Part shown: piece by piece, positions 15,053 to 30,638 of the stretch
Position numbering within the stretch: the first letter of the stretch is position 1
Layout: each line of letters opens with the position of its first letter
Assembly (NCBI GenBank): GCA_951406725.2
Contig: OX597821.1
Location: 69,998,001 to 70,062,000, forward strand
DNA: 64,000 bases
From: Octopus vulgaris
Taxonomy: Eukaryota
Direction of reading: 5' to 3'
Position numbers and translations under genes: made by a program
The notes under the pieces: generated by a model
The model's input: the letters and a program-made list of their open reading frames with translations, nothing else
What the model was told of the DNA's origin: nothing
Databases searched by the model: none

Positions 15053-15628
15053 GGTTGAAAAGGAACACACGAGTTGATATATATGGAAAAACGTCAGGAT
15101 AGAAAATGCTACAATAATTTTATAAAAAGACATTTCGGTACCGGTTTCAGTCATTCAGACTTTTTCAACTCTAAGTATGGAAAACAATTAGATTGTGGAA
15201 AAATTAAAAGTAACGTTTTTTGTAAAGAATATTTGTATACTGTTCAAATACAAGTGGCATTTTCCTTGTTTCTGCCTGTCTCTGTCTCTCTTGTTTACTC
15301 TTGTGGGTTCGAGGTCGTGGTGTATATATATATATATAAATATATATATTACATATATATTATATATATTTACATATACATTATATATATTAAAATATAT
15401 TAAAATATATATTATATATATTATATATATATATATATACATTACATACGTATATATTACATAAATATATATACATGTATATATTACATATATATATACG
15501 CGGTGGTGCCCCAGCATGGCCGTGGCCTTCGGGCTAAAATACTTTTAAGGATTTTTAAGGATTTAAGGATATATTACACATACATATCTATATATATATT
15601 ACACACACATGCACACACACACAGACAT

Positions 15629-15660
<32 letters not shown>

Positions 15661-15681
15661 TACACATACATACATACATAC

Positions 15682-15764
<83 letters not shown>

Positions 15765-15773
<9 letters not shown>

Positions 15774-17379
15774 CTTTTAGTATGAGCTCAGAGCTGCGGC
15801 CATGCTGATGCACCGCCGTTTTGTGCTACACTGTTATTACAAAGAGCCTCCTCTAATATGTGGCACTTGGTGAAGAATGGAGTTTGATGGAGCTACTCTC
15901 ATTTACACCTCTTGCCGTGAGGTAGGTTCAATGAGACTCTCGACAGGAAGAGGTCCAGCTTTGATTTAAAAACCCCTACATCTACTTTGTGCAAGTTCCT
16001 CATACTCTTTGGGAGAATATTAAAATGCTGTGGGCCCTTGAAACACAGGCTGTTGCAGTAGCTGGTCCTGAAGCGTGATGACATTGCTGGGATCTTTGGC
16101 ACTATGCAGTGTCGTTCCGATCTAGCATTGGTGTAGCTTACAATGCCAAAATTTGGCACAATACCTCCCAGGATCTTCCAGACATATATTATTACATACC
16201 TCTCCCGTCTTCTCTCCTGGGAGTAGAGTCTTAGCTGTTTCAACCTTTCCCTGTTGCAAAGAGACGATCTTCTTTGTTAATCTTCTCTGGATTGCTTCAA
16301 GGTCCACTGTTAATTTCACTCTGGTCGGTGACCATAGCTGTGAGCAGTAATCCAGGCGGCTGAGGACGAATGTCCGCCAGAGGACCATCAAGGTTTCTTT
16401 ATCTCTGATTTTGAATGTTCTTAGGATCCATCCAGCCAGTCGTCTGTACGTTGTCGCCATCCTCGTAATGTGCACTCATGTCGATACCCAGGTCCCTCAC
16501 AGACTTAGGCTCTGGGATTGAAATTCCCTGTGGACCGGTGTACCCTGTAGGTTTAATATTCAGTTTTGGATGCTGGTAGCGCAGGGCCTGGAATTTTTCA
16601 GCATTAAACTGCATATTATTACCCTCAGCCCATCTGTAGATTGAGTCCAACTCTTGCTGCAGGTGTGCAACATCGCTGGGGTACTGTATTTTCTGCGAGA
16701 CTTTCGTATCGTCTGCATAGCTTGCCAGAGTGGCTATCCGAGCATTTGAGGGCATATATGAGAGGGCTACTATAAAAAGCAGTGGTCCCAAGACATCGCC
16801 CTGTGGAACACCGCTCATTATTTGTCTGTTCATAGAGATGGCTCCATTAACCACTACTGCCTGACTCTTCCTATCTTTCAGGAAGTCATGTAACCACACT
16901 CCAAGTTTTCCAGCTATGCCGAGGTCACGCAGTTTGTGGCATATCATACCATGATCCACCTTGTCAAAAGCTTTTGCAAAATCAAGGTAGATTACGTCCA
17001 CATTTGATTTGTTGATTAACTGCCTCAACACCCAGTCATAATGTTGTAAGAGCTGGGTCAGGCAGCTCCTAACTGGTCGAAAACCATGCTGAGTATCACT
17101 CAGCAAGTTATTTTCCTCAAGGAATGCGATTAGTGTCCCTCTGATTATCCGTTCCATGAATTTTCTGATGTTTGAAATGAGAGAGATAGACCTATAGTTT
17201 TTGGCATCTGCTCTACTTCCCCCTTTATGTATTGGGCATATTATTCCCTCCTTCAGCTTGCTTGGCAGTTTGGCATTTGTAAGAAAGCTCTGGAAGAGAA
17301 TCTTGAGGGGTTTTGCCAGGGTATGCTTACACGCTTTGAGGAGGATTGCTGGGAAACCATCAGGACCAGCAGTTGAGTT

Positions 17380-17380
<1 letters not shown>
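15765..17380 (-). mobile_element. CR1/L2-group LINE, 3' 1.6 kb with RT domain and poly(A) end
   Basis: GPDGFP, YRSISL, QHGFR, YLDFAKAFDKVDH, SGVPQGDVLGPLLF, YADDTK; frameshifted C-terminus LYSQERRRERY; 3' tail GGCGGTGCATCAGCATGGCCGCAG then A-run. Both ends abut (TA)n. Confidence 0.93.
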
Positions 17381-17433
<53 letters not shown>

Positions 17434-17799
17434 CATACATGTATATATATACATGTGTGCGTGTGTGTATGTATGAATATATATATATATATATATATAA
17501 ATCAACTGAGAGCTAATACGGTGTCCGCCCGATAAATTATATATATACATGTGTGTATGTATGTTCATAAGTATGTGTGTTTGCACCACTGATGTTATGC
17601 AACAAAGGGGTTCATCATATAAATGAATATATATTTTTAAAAATAAGATATATAATACATGCTGAAGTAGGGACCACTCAACTATTGAATAAGTAAGCCA
17701 CGTCTGGTTGCTGTCCATTGCGTGAAACTGACAGATCAATGTGTGTGTATGGGATATGTGTAATATGTATGTGCATGTCATATATGTGATATCGATGGT

Positions 17800-19720
17800 T
17801 ACCGCCGTCATCTGCAGAGCTGCAATGTTAAAGAATTCAACTGGTTTTTTTCTCTATTGCATGCGTCCCAGAGTGGAGATAAAGGTAATTTTAAATTGTT
17901 CATTGAGCACTCCACTTGCCCTTTTTGGGGTCCGTGGTCAGTGAACCATCCACTTGAAACAACGGTCATATATTTTGTCTTATACCGTGGCTGTTTCCTC
18001 TCAGAATTTATGGAAAGCTTCTGAGTTTGTTTCTATGATTTTCACTGCTCTGTTCTGTCCCTCACTCTTGTTTCGTTTTCATGGAGTGTTTGATTTTGTT
18101 TTCGATTTCCACGAGTGTCCTTCTTAAACTTAGACTTCTTCCTATCCTTCAGTTGTCTCCTCAACCGGTTTTAGTCCTTTGATCCGCATCTCATAAGGAT
18201 TTTCCTGTCCCTGATAATATTTTGTCCATGAAGAGCATATTAGAAAGTCCAAGTAATGATTCTACTTGCCTTTCTTCATGCAGTGACATTCCAGTAAGGA
18301 TGTGGCCTTCAGGCCATTTAACATTTGGGAGGGTGGAGTCATCCAGAAGGATTGTATTGATGTGTGGGCCCAGGCTTGTAAATACCTCTTCTTTGTGGCC
18401 GAGGCTATCCCCAGTTTTATCGTCATGTATCGCAGGCATTTGGTGTAAGATATACTGAGCATAATTAGCTTTGTGTGTATTATTAAAGTGTCAAAAACTG
18501 AGTTTGAGTGAGACAACAGTACAAGGGATGTGATATCTTTGCAGATATTCATAGTAACTCCGCCATGGCTTCTCTCTGTTCTCTTTGTACAAGATAGAAC
18601 ACACCCTGATATGCCGTACGAAATACACATAGCTTGCTATGTGTATTTTCGTATCTGTTATATTTGAGGTTAGATGCGTTTCTGTAAGTGCCATGCATAT
18701 TGCTTGATTGCATGCAGCAAGTTCTTTCAGACAGAGAAGTCAACCCTGTTACTGAGTTGCAGTAGCCTTCCGATGTTTAGTAAGAATAAAGATGCGATAT
18801 CTGGGTAGGTGTTATGCTGATACTAGTGGTGGCCATCTCGAGTCTATCAGCTGTGGTGGTTTTGTGCATGGAAAGGCATGTTGTGGATTTTGCATCTTTT
18901 GCATCCACGTCAGTTGCTGCACTATCTTCTGGGCCATGCAAAAAAAAAAAAAAAAAAAGCTTACCGCTCGATTGCTATAGTTTACACACCCTCCACATAT
19001 TGTCTTTTGAAGGGTGCAGAGTTAAGTGTTGATTACTTTTCTTATTCTTATGAGGCCTATTTTTTTTCCTTGATACTGTACTATGAACCCGCAGGTCCAT
19101 GTTTCATGGTTTCCTTCTTCTGCGTTCTTGCTGGTTTTGTCGTGGGCGGTTACCTTGCTTGTTATTCCGATAAAGCTTGGGATGGACACAGTTGCAGTTT
19201 GTTTCCTTTTCTCCTTGTAGCAGATGTCCTTTAAATAGAATTTACAGACAATCTGGACCCTGTCAGTTTCTCTCCTTTTTGGCATTTCGAGGCTTTGTTT
19301 TTGTTTTAAGGACTTTGCTGCAGTTTCTGTTTTTGGTTTCAGGCCTGAGAACAACATCGCTTTCCCCGGCTGTGTCGCCTATTTCCCCGTTATTCACCAC
19401 AGTTCTGTTTCGATTGTTACATTTACAGTCATTACCGCTTTCAGTGTTGTTTTGAGAGACGAGTGACATTTGTAGTTCCTTTGGTGATGTTCTTCATGGA
19501 CCACTTCGTCTGTTTCTTTTATAATGCTGTCTAGGAGGACGAGACGTGGTTTGACAAGATCATACTAGTGGAGAGCTATTTCAAAAGATCGTAGAGCTTT
19601 ATTGATTATAAAATTAATTCAAAACATCGTAGAATGAGCTGTAGAAAACAAAAATAAAGTTTGGAACAGAAAAGGTGAGAGAAGGAAAAGTGATGGAGAT
19701 GTGTGCAAGAACAAAATTGA
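17800..19720 (-). mobile_element. 5' half of a CR1/L2-group LINE (ORF1 relic with Cys-rich motif plus AP-endonuclease relic)
   Basis: ALTETHL..RTERSHGGV (APE N-terminal motifs), DDSTLPNVKW (GDFNLP-like) and ORF1-like VCKFYLKDIC; heavily frameshifted. Confidence 0.7.
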
Positions 19721-20112
19721 AGCATTTAACTTTTAAGAATTTTCAATGAGGTACTTACTTGGAATGTAATAAAAGAATAAATTCATCTTACCGTATATTC
19801 TAGCGACAGGAAGGGAAGTGTAACTTACGGTAAGAGTGGCTTAAAAAACCAACGAGCATTGCTATTACTATTAAGGCACTTGTCACTAGAGAATACTTTA
19901 GCTTTTGTGATATTTATGCTTAAAGACAACGGACAAAACACATTCAAATCACAAATATCATCATGTAATAAATGCTTTGATAGATTCATTTACTGAGACG
20001 CATCAAGTTTTTCTTAAAACTGATTGTCAGTAAATGTGTTGACGGAAGGAAAGACGAAATCCAGGTCATTCAACAGTCCAACCACATCCATATTTTACAT
20101 ATCTATTAATAG

Positions 20113-20211
<99 letters not shown>

Positions 20212-20221
20212 CTCCCTCTCT

Positions 20222-20258
<37 letters not shown>

Positions 20259-20274
20259 TATATGTCACTATGAG

Positions 20275-20307
<33 letters not shown>

Positions 20308-20677
20308 TTATAATATATATGCATACATGTATGTATATTAGTACACGTTTACACACACACAATGTTCAAAAACTTACCTATACGTCCATGCACAACGACA
20401 TGTATTTACAAATATATATATTATATTCATGTATGTTGATCGCACGTGTGTGTGTGTATATATATATATATATATTTAAATAATGAGGAAGATAAATTGA
20501 ATATTAATATAATATCAATTTAAAACCTGAATTTTCTCTGGAGAACATTCTTTCTTTGTAGTTCGAGCGCATGTGATCTACTTCTAGCACATGGCTGTCC
20601 ACATAATGGTTTTTAGCCCTAAATATACACACACACACACATATATATATATGTATATATATATATATTGAGAGAGA

Positions 20678-20727
<50 letters not shown>

Positions 20728-20798
20728 AAGAGAGGAAGGCGGAGAGAGAGAGATAAGATATATAGATAAATACATATACGTTTATATATTATATACAC

Positions 20799-20960
20799 AC
20801 AGGAGTGGCTGTGTGGTAAGTAGCTTGTTTACCAGCCACATGGTTCCGAGTTCAGTCCCACTGCGTGGCACCTTGGGCAGGTGATTTCTACTATAGCCTC
20901 GGGCCGACCAAATCCTTGTGAGTGGATTTGGTAGACGGAAACCGAAAGAAGCCCGTCGTA

Positions 20961-21008
<48 letters not shown>

Positions 21009-21235
21009 TGTGTGTGTTTGTGTGAGTGTGTTTGTCCCCCTAGCATTGCTTGACAACCGATGCTGGTGTGTTTACGTCCCCGTTACTTAGCGGTTCGGCA
21101 AAAGAGACCGATAGAATAAGTACTGGGCTTACAAAGGAATAAGTCCCGAGGTCGAGTTGCTCGATTAAAGGCGGTGCTTCAACATGGCCGCAGTCAAATG
21201 ACTGAAACAAGTAACAGAGTAAAAGAGTAAAGGAG
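20799..21235 (+). mobile_element. Full-length CORE-type tRNA SINE with internal (TA)n/(TG)n
   Basis: GGAGTGGCTGTGTGGTAAG head, GTTCAGTCCC B-box-like, CACCTTGGGCAGGTG CORE-like block, LINE-like tail GGCGGTGCTTCAACATGGCCGCAGTCAAATGACTGAAAC. Confidence 0.9.
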
Positions 21236-21559
21236 TATATGCATACATATATATATATGAATATGTATATATATATATATATATATATTTGTGTACATAT
21301 ATGTATATGTTTTATATATATATATATATATATATACATTTCTATTTATGTATATATATTTATATACATGTATATATATATTTATATATATGTATATATA
21401 TATATTTACATATGTATATATATATATTTACATATGTATATATATATATGAATATACATGTATATGTATATGTATATATATATGAATATATATGCATATA
21501 TATATTTATATATATAGATATATATGTATATATATTTATTTAATTATATATATATATAT

Positions 21560-21665
21560 TCTTCATCAAGTGCCACATATTAGAGGAGCCTCTTGTAATA
21601 ACAGTGTAGCGCAAAATGGCGGTGCATCAGCATGGCCGCAGTTCTTAGCTGAAACTAAAAAAAAA
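21560..21665 (+). mobile_element. Severely 5'-truncated LINE (3' UTR only)
   Basis: Near-identical to the reverse complement of 15775-15877, ends in an A-run, and lies within (TA)n. Confidence 0.8.
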
Positions 21666-22032
21666 TACATATATATATAAATACATATATACATACATAT
21701 ATATATATATATATATACATACATATATATATATATAAATACATATATACATATATATATATATGTGTGTGTATATATATATGTATATATTTATGTTTAC
21801 GTATATATATATATTTATATATATATTTGTGTATATATATACTTATATATATATATATTTATATATATGTGTATATATATATACGTATATATATATATAT
21901 ACATATATATATGTTTATATATGTATATATATGTGTATATATATATGTATATATATATGTATATATATGTATATATATTTATATGTATATGTATATATAT
22001 ATATATATGTATATATAAATATATATATATTC

Positions 22033-22064
<32 letters not shown>

Positions 22065-22085
22065 TCATATATGTATATATATTCA

Positions 22086-22136
<51 letters not shown>

Positions 22137-22684
22137 CTCACACGCGTATACACATGCATGCCTGCATGCCTATTTTCCTACCTACACACACACACTCACC
22201 CTCACCCACACATACACATATACGTACGAAACACAAACATTTAAGAGAATCCATAAACGCCCATCCTTTAACTGATCAATAGAATCGTTTATTGATTATC
22301 GATGGTGGCGGAGGTATTTATTATATTGATGTTCTTTCTACTTAACATCGCCACATATTCTCTTTGGTATAATACAAAGATTCTGTGAAATGTCTTTAAA
22401 ATACTTGGAACGGTCTCTCAGTTCCGTAATATCGATATAATCTTTTATGAAAAGGATTATAAAGGAAAGTTTGGTCGAGATTCCATTGAAATTCTTCATG
22501 TTGTGTCTCGTCGGAGCAAAATGGGAAGCAATGTTATGCTTGATCAGAGTTTATACAGACAAATGCGCGCGTGCGCACACAGAAACACACACACTCACAC
22601 ACATGCTAACACACACACATCCCAGTGGAAACAATAAACGAGTGTGAGTATATATGTATATATAAATGTATATATCTATGTATG

Positions 22685-22724
<40 letters not shown>

Positions 22725-22737
22725 ATATATATATGTG

Positions 22738-22784
<47 letters not shown>

Positions 22785-22962
22785 ATGTATGTATGCACAG
22801 GAGTAGCTGTGTGGTAAGTAGCTTCTTGCTAACCACTTGGAACTCGGTTCAGTCCCACTGTGTGACACCTTGGGCAAGTGTCTTCTACTAGAGCCTCTAG
22901 CAGATCAAAGTATTGTGAGTGGATTTGATAGACGGAAACTGAAAGAAGGCTGACCTGTATGT

Positions 22963-23013
<51 letters not shown>

Positions 23014-23686
23014 TATGGACATATATACATACTTACGTATGTATATATGTATGTTTGCATATATAGACTTACGTATGTTTTTAAACCAATTAGGCGAGTC
23101 GTTAGAGTATAAGTGCATATATATTACGTGGGGCTTATAGTTGCAACTTAAAAATCACTTCTGCCTTTCATGTTGCCGAGAAAGAGAAAGGAGCTGGCAG
23201 CCCTGGCCCGTTGTTCTGTCTCTGACAGTTATTTGGCTGGGGTCATATCTGGATAGGAAAGGGTCCCTGGGTGAGTGTTGCCCAAGGAACACAATTAGAG
23301 CACAATGCATTCTGCATTCAATCAGGTCGATAGATAAATAGATATAAATTGATACATAGACAGATAGTCAGATATCGTAAGTGTATATAATTTCATATAG
23401 TATACATGCATGAACCCCCCCCCCACTTGCGCACACACTCATATATATGTGTGTGTGTATGAATATGTATATGTATATGAATATGTATATGTATATATAT
23501 ATGTATATTTATATATATATATGTATATATATGTATATTTATATATATATGTATATATAAATATATATATATTCATATATATATATATATATATATGGCG
23601 GTGCCCCAGCATGGCCACAGCTCATAAGCTGAAACTAGAATCAATCAATCAATCAATCAATATATATTCATATATGTATATATATT

Positions 23687-23728
<42 letters not shown>

Positions 23729-23773
23729 TATATACACATATATATATACATATATATACATATATATATATAC

Positions 23774-23830
<57 letters not shown>

Positions 23831-24231
23831 TATATATATACGCCGGCTTTTTCCATCTTTCCCTCTACCAAATCCACTCACACGGCTATAGTCAGCCCGA
23901 GGCTATAGTAGAAGACACTTGGTCATGGTGCCACGCAGTGGGACTGAACCCAGAACCATTTGGTTGCAGAGCAATCTTCTTACCACATAGCCACGCATGC
24001 ACCTGTACACACACACACACACACACAGACACACACGCGTACACACACACACACACGCACCACCACCACCACCACCACCACCACACATGCGTTTATGCTT
24101 TCGTTTTGCAAGATACGTCATTTGAAATCCTGTGTTGAAATAGATATTGTATTTTGGGACGCCTATAATAGTAACAGTTATTATACATTATTTACACTTG
24201 ACAGATATTTGTCCTCATCTTGTTTGTTGTT

Positions 24232-24277
24232 AACACAACGTTTCGACTGATATACCATCCAGCTTTCATCAGGTGTC
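24232..24277 (-). ncRNA. Minimal type I hammerhead ribozyme
   Basis: GACAC CUGAUGA A AGCUG(loop)CAGUC GAAAC GU U GUGUU: stem I GACAC/GUGUU, palindromic ACGU stem III, GUU cleavage triplet. Confidence 0.75.
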
Positions 24278-24324
24278 TTGGGGAAATTTCGAACCCGGGT
24301 TCTCATTCTTAAGGTATTTTTCGA

Positions 24325-24384
<60 letters not shown>

Positions 24385-24493
24385 CAGATCACTGCCTGGA
24401 ATCGAACTCGGAATCTTGGGGTTAGTAGCCCTAGCTCATAACCCCAAGATTCCGAGATCGAATCCAAGCAGTGACCTGAATAATAATAATAAC

Positions 24494-24611
<118 letters not shown>

Positions 24612-24658
24612 TCGAAATATACCTTAGGAATGAGAACCCATGTTCGAAATTTCCCCAA

Positions 24659-24704
24659 GACACCTGAAGAAGGCTGGAGGGTATATCAACCGAAACGTTG
24701 TGTT
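24659..24704 (+). ncRNA. Minimal type I hammerhead ribozyme
   Basis: GACAC CUGAAGA A GGCUG(loop)CAACC GAAAC GU U GUGUU; same architecture as the opposite-arm copy. Confidence 0.75.
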
Positions 24705-25148
24705 AACAACAAACAAGATGAGGACAAATACCCGTCAAATGTAAATAATGTAAATAATGTACATAATTCCTCATCTATTAAATACAGAACAGGACATTTA
24801 TTATATTCTTTAGCCAAATAACCACACGCACAACATGCTCATTGTTCACTTCAGCTTTATAATTTTTCTTATTTTAGAGGATGGATTAAACGGGACAGGA
24901 GGAGACACGTGGGATGGAGAGTTGAAGAAGAGGTCACAGGACGTGTGACGAGAGGTTTTTAGACAAAGGACACTGAAATTAGGAGAATAATGATCCTGAA
25001 GTGAAGAAATAATACACAGTGCGTGTGGTTATTTGGCAATAAAAAATTAGATCACCCCGAAATCTAATAATATATATATATATTTATATGTATATAGGTG
25101 TGCGTTCGTCTGTGTGTGTATATATATATATGTATAAATATATGTAGG

Positions 25149-25187
<39 letters not shown>

Positions 25188-25351
25188 TAAACATACACGT
25201 ATACACACACGCACACTCACACACACATATATACATACTTAATTCCGTAATAAAAATAATATAAATAATAATATGCATAATTGTATGGTTTACCCAGTAA
25301 CACATAACGTTCTATAAATGGCTGCATATTTACATAAGTACGTACATTCAT

Positions 25352-25392
<41 letters not shown>

Positions 25393-25505
25393 TAAATAGA
25401 TATTTATACTTATCTATATTTATATATACATTTACATATATATATATTTATATATATATATATATTTACATATATATATATTATATATATATATATATAT
25501 ATATT

Positions 25506-25561
<56 letters not shown>

Positions 25562-25767
25562 GAGAGAAAGAGGGAAAGAAAACGCGAGCGAGAGTATGAC
25601 ATGTAAATATGAAAGTTTATATTTAGCTCTATGTAAGTTTGTGTTTCTATCTCACTATGTATTTATGTATCTATCTATTTATCTATCAATCTGTCTGTCT
25701 GTCTGTCTGTCTTGTCTATCTTTGTCTGTCTGTCTGTCTGTCTTGTCTATCTGTCTCTCTATCAATT

Positions 25768-25838
<71 letters not shown>

Positions 25839-26036
25839 CACGGATTTTTGTCAGTGAACAGGTCGCGGATTTTAGCGACAAAAACATTTTGACAAATTAA
25901 ACTTAAATGTTGAAGTGAATCGAACGGCTTTTGTGTGTTTCTTAAATGGCTTACAAACACCTTCCACGCTGCAATTATTTTCTTTCCAGCACACGATCTC
26001 AGATCAAATCACTTGCTATGCGAGTACATCTCCGTA

Positions 26037-26067
<31 letters not shown>

Positions 26068-26099
26068 GGTCATTTCTCATAGCATTTTTCCGATGGCCG

Positions 26100-26160
26100 G
26101 ATAACTGAAGAGATGGCAGCGTGTATTTCCACCCCGACATCCAAAACTCGGAGTTCTATC
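26100..26160 (+). ncRNA. Degenerate type I hammerhead in a (TA)n-embedded cassette
   Basis: GAUAA CUGAAGA GAUG(loop)CAUC C AAA ACUC G GAGU U CUAUC. Stems I-III are recognisable, but catalytic G12 is mutated to A. Confidence 0.5.
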
Positions 26161-26659
26161 ATGGCTACCGAATAATTGTCACATATTACATTTACAGATA
26201 AATTCCTCTATTTACATAATATCGAGGTCTCTTTCATTCTTTTGTTGTCTTGGCATTTTTATCAATATATATATACATACATACAAGGTGACGAGGAAAT
26301 GCTTCAAATATTCGTAATGCAATTCAAAGTTATGTTGCGCATTATTTTTATGGAATTCTCATCCCAATACTTAAGTTCCTTTGGTTATGGTTATTTTTCC
26401 CTTTCACTTAAGCAGGTCCTATTCTCCAAGTATGTTGAATATGCTTCGTCTTTATATATCGATTATTTCCATCTATTTCAAAATCCTGGGGCGGGATTTT
26501 AGGGACCGTTGGCTGCTGTTTCTAATTGAGTGACCACCTGCGATTTTATTCGATCGTTTTTTGTTATTGTTTGTGTGTTTATGTTTGTTGTTGTTATTGA
26601 ATATGTTCTGCTTATGAATCAAGTAAAAGATAGAGAAATAGAACGGCCCTCAGCACACT

Positions 26660-27051
26660 CTCTTTTACTTGTTTCAGGCATTTGACTGCGGCCATGCTGG
26701 AGCACCGCCTTTAGTCGAGCAAATCGACCCCGGGACTTATTCTTTCTAAGCCCAGTACTTATTCTATCGGTCTCTTTTGCCGAACCGCTAAGTGACGGGG
26801 ACGTAAACACACCAGCATCGGTTGTCAATCAATGCTAGGGGGACAAACACAGACACACAAACATATATACACACACTTATATATATATACATATATACGA
26901 CAGGCTTCTTTCAGTTTCCATCTACCAAATCCACTCACAAGGCATTGGTCGGCCCGGGGCTATAGCAGAAGACACTTGCCCAAGATGCCACGCAGTGGGA
27001 CTGAACCCGTAACCATGTGGTTGGGTAGCAAGCTACTTACCACACAGCCAC
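26660..27051 (-). mobile_element. Full-length CORE-type tRNA SINE
   Basis: Reverse complement of the 20799 family along its whole length. Confidence 0.9.
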
Positions 27052-27563
27052 TGGGTTTTTTTTTTATGTTATGGACATCGGAGAACGGAAATGTTGAGCT
27101 TGGCCCACAGCAGAATTCGAACGCAGGACGTAATGAAAAGAAATCTGCATAATTTTGCCTCGTGACGACGATAACGACGACCTCAGCGATTAGGATGGTG
27201 TTGATGAATATGAAGGCAACGGTGATGCTGAAAAAAGGTGGTGTTGGTGGTGGTGGTGCTAATGGTAGTGGCAGTGGTGGTGGTGTTGGTGCTAATGGTA
27301 GTGGCAGTGCTGATCGCCGTCGTCATCGCCGTACTTGGATAATGGTTATGACGATAATGATACTGCTGTTGATGTTGTTGATGTCGCCTTAAAGCGTTAC
27401 GTTTCACCGTAGATATTGTTGACCTGTCAGCATCCACACAAACAGTGAGATGCGGCAGAGAATTCTATTTGTACAAAAGTTGTATCCCTGACACTCGCCA
27501 TTCAATAGATTTAACCACGCTACAGCTGTAAATAACCTCTCCGCTTAATGAGGCACTTATACA

Positions 27564-27666
<103 letters not shown>

Positions 27667-27855
27667 CCTAATCTGTCTGTCTGTCTATCTATATATCTGT
27701 CTGTCTATCTATCTATATATCTGTCTGTCTATCTATCTATATATCTGTCTGTCTATCTATCTATATATCTGTCTGTCTATCTATCTATATATCTGTCTGT
27801 CTATCTGTCTGTCTGTCTGTCTGTCTATCTGTCTGTCTGTCTGTCTATCTGTCTA

Positions 27856-27891
<36 letters not shown>

Positions 27892-27950
27892 CCTGCCTGC
27901 CTGCCTGCCTGTCTGTCTGTCTATCTTTCTACCTATCTATCTAATCTATG

Positions 27951-28040
<90 letters not shown>

Positions 28041-28054
28041 ATGTGCGGTGAGTT

Positions 28055-28102
<48 letters not shown>

Positions 28103-28305
28103 TTATTGATTTATTTATGTATACGCACGTGTATACCCAGAACCATGTTATTAGGAAGAAAGCTTCTTACCACACCGCCACGCCTGCGCCCCTCTCTTCC
28201 TCTCTCTCACTCTCTATCTCTCTCTCTCTCTCTCCGTGTATATATATATATATATCACGTGTATATATTTATATATATATGTACATATATGTAGGCATAT
28301 ATTTT

Positions 28306-28368
<63 letters not shown>

Positions 28369-28939
28369 ATGTGTGAATGCATATATGGCTATATTTATGT
28401 ATGTATGTATGTGTGCGTGTGTTTACGGGGTACGTGTCTGTATGGGTATACAAAATTCCTGGATGCTGTTATGATCGCATATCTCTATGTACTTATAAAA
28501 ATTCATAAACTTCAAAAATATTTCAAACACTACGTATGGTTGCACATATGCACACACACACACACACACCACCACCACCACCACCACCACCACCACGCGT
28601 GCGCCAGCGCTCGCAACAAGAAGGTGTCTCTGTTTATATCTTTCTCTCCTTCATGTTGCATTTCATACCGGGAAATCGTCTGTCTCTCCCCTTTAAAATT
28701 CTAATCTTTAAACAATAAACAATATGCATTAACACAAATCCTGAATAATGAATGACTGCTTGTAACGATTTGGACGAAGGCAGAGCTAGGGTAACAACAT
28801 TCCAGGTCCCTGGGTAATTGCCCCCCCCCCCCCACCTTTATCTCTAATATATCCATCCTCTAGAAGGTGCTGTCCGACGATATGTACAGCTGATTATTTC
28901 AACTTAATTACTTGACAATTTCATTTACTCTTTTTTTTT

Positions 28940-29352
28940 TAACTCTTTTTTATTTGTTTCAGTCATTTGACTGCGGCCATGCTGGAGCACCGCCTTTAAT
29001 CGAGCAACTCGACACCGGGACTTATTCTTTTGTAAGCCCAGTACTTATTCTATCGGTCTCTTTTGCCGAACCGCTAAGTAACGGGGACATAAACACACCA
29101 GCATCGGTTGTCAAGCAATGCGAGGGGGACAAACACAGACACACAAACACACACACGCATCTATATATATATATATATACATATATACGACGGGCTTCTT
29201 TCAGTTTCCATCTACCAAATCCACTCAGAAGGCTTTGGTCGGCCCGAGACTATAGTAGAAGACACTTGCCCAAGGTGCCACGCAGTGGGACTGAACCCGG
29301 AACCATGTGGTTGGTAGACAAGCTACTTACCACACAGCCACTCCTGCGCCTA
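28940..29352 (-). mobile_element. Full-length CORE-type tRNA SINE
   Basis: Reverse complement of the 20799 family. Confidence 0.9.
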
Positions 29353-29610
29353 TTTGTCTTTTTTTTGTTTATATCCGTCCCAAATGAAGAACCAACAAAT
29401 TTTGTTTTGTCGGGATTTAAACTCACAAGGAAAAATAAAAATGTCCGACATAATATCAGAACAAAAAATATCAACACCAACAAACAATTGTTTCCCATTT
29501 TCTGCCTTGAATATATAGGAACCTACAGCCATACGATAAATGATCCAATTAATAATACTAATAATAACTGTTACATATATCCATGTAGATGTGTGTATTT
29601 AGATTCATAT

Positions 29611-29704
<94 letters not shown>

Positions 29705-30224
29705 GTACGATTGTGTGTAAAATCCGTTTTTGTTTGTACAAGTTCGTGTGTCCGTTTGAATGTATGAAATTGTCTGATACTACTTAAATTCAATGCATAT
29801 ATATATTTATCTGTCAATCTATCTATCTATCTATTTTTGTGTCAATCTATCTCTCTACCTACACACACACACACACACACAAGAGCGCTCATACGCACAC
29901 GCACACTCGCACAAACACACAAACGAGAGAGAGAGAGAGAGAGAAAGAGAGAGAAGTACACGTTAAATATGACATAAGCGTATATAAATATATGCATAAT
30001 ATCATACAGACAGCCTTTTGTGAGATGAAATAAATATGCTTTATTGTAAAATGTTGCATATATAATATATTGACACCGTTAAACTAAATGCATAAGTAAG
30101 TTAAACAGAAATATACTACAGGCACAAATGTATGTGAGCATGATAAGAAATATGTGTCAGTGTGTTGTGTGTCTGTGTGTGTGTGCATGTATATATATGG
30201 CTATATATATATATATATACATAT

Positions 30225-30638
30225 ATACTCTTTTACTCATTTACTTGTTTCAATCATTTGACTGCAGCCATGCTGGAGCACCGCCTTTAATCGAGCAACT
30301 CGACCCCGGGACTTATTCTTTTGTAAGCCCAGTACTTATTCTATCGGTCTCTTTTCCCGAACCGCTAGGTAACGGGGACATAAACACACCAGAATCGGTT
30401 GTCATGCAATGTTAGGGGGACAAACACAGACACACAAACACACACACACACGCATATATATATATACATATATACAACGGGCTTCTTTCAGTTTCCGTCT
30501 ACCAAATCCAATGACAAGGCTTTGGTCGGCCCGAGGCTATAGTAGAGGACACTTGCCCAAGGTGCCACGCAGTGGGACTGAACCCGGGACCATGTGGCTG
30601 GTAAACAAGCTACTTACCACACAGCCACTTCTGCGCCT
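30225..30638 (-). mobile_element. Full-length CORE-type tRNA SINE
   Basis: Reverse complement of the 20799 family. Confidence 0.9.

Noticed and set aside
16399-17811. 470-aa ORF as an intact protein
   Set aside because: The first ~143 aa are microsatellite or filler; the rest is a truncated, frameshifted LINE RT.
24385-24480. Genuine tRNA genes (here and at SINE heads such as 34336 and 61369)
   Set aside because: Only partial or degenerate cloverleaves, continuous with SINE bodies.
27162-27437. Gly-rich 76-aa ORF
   Set aside because: Decayed (GGT)n/(GAT)n simple repeat.
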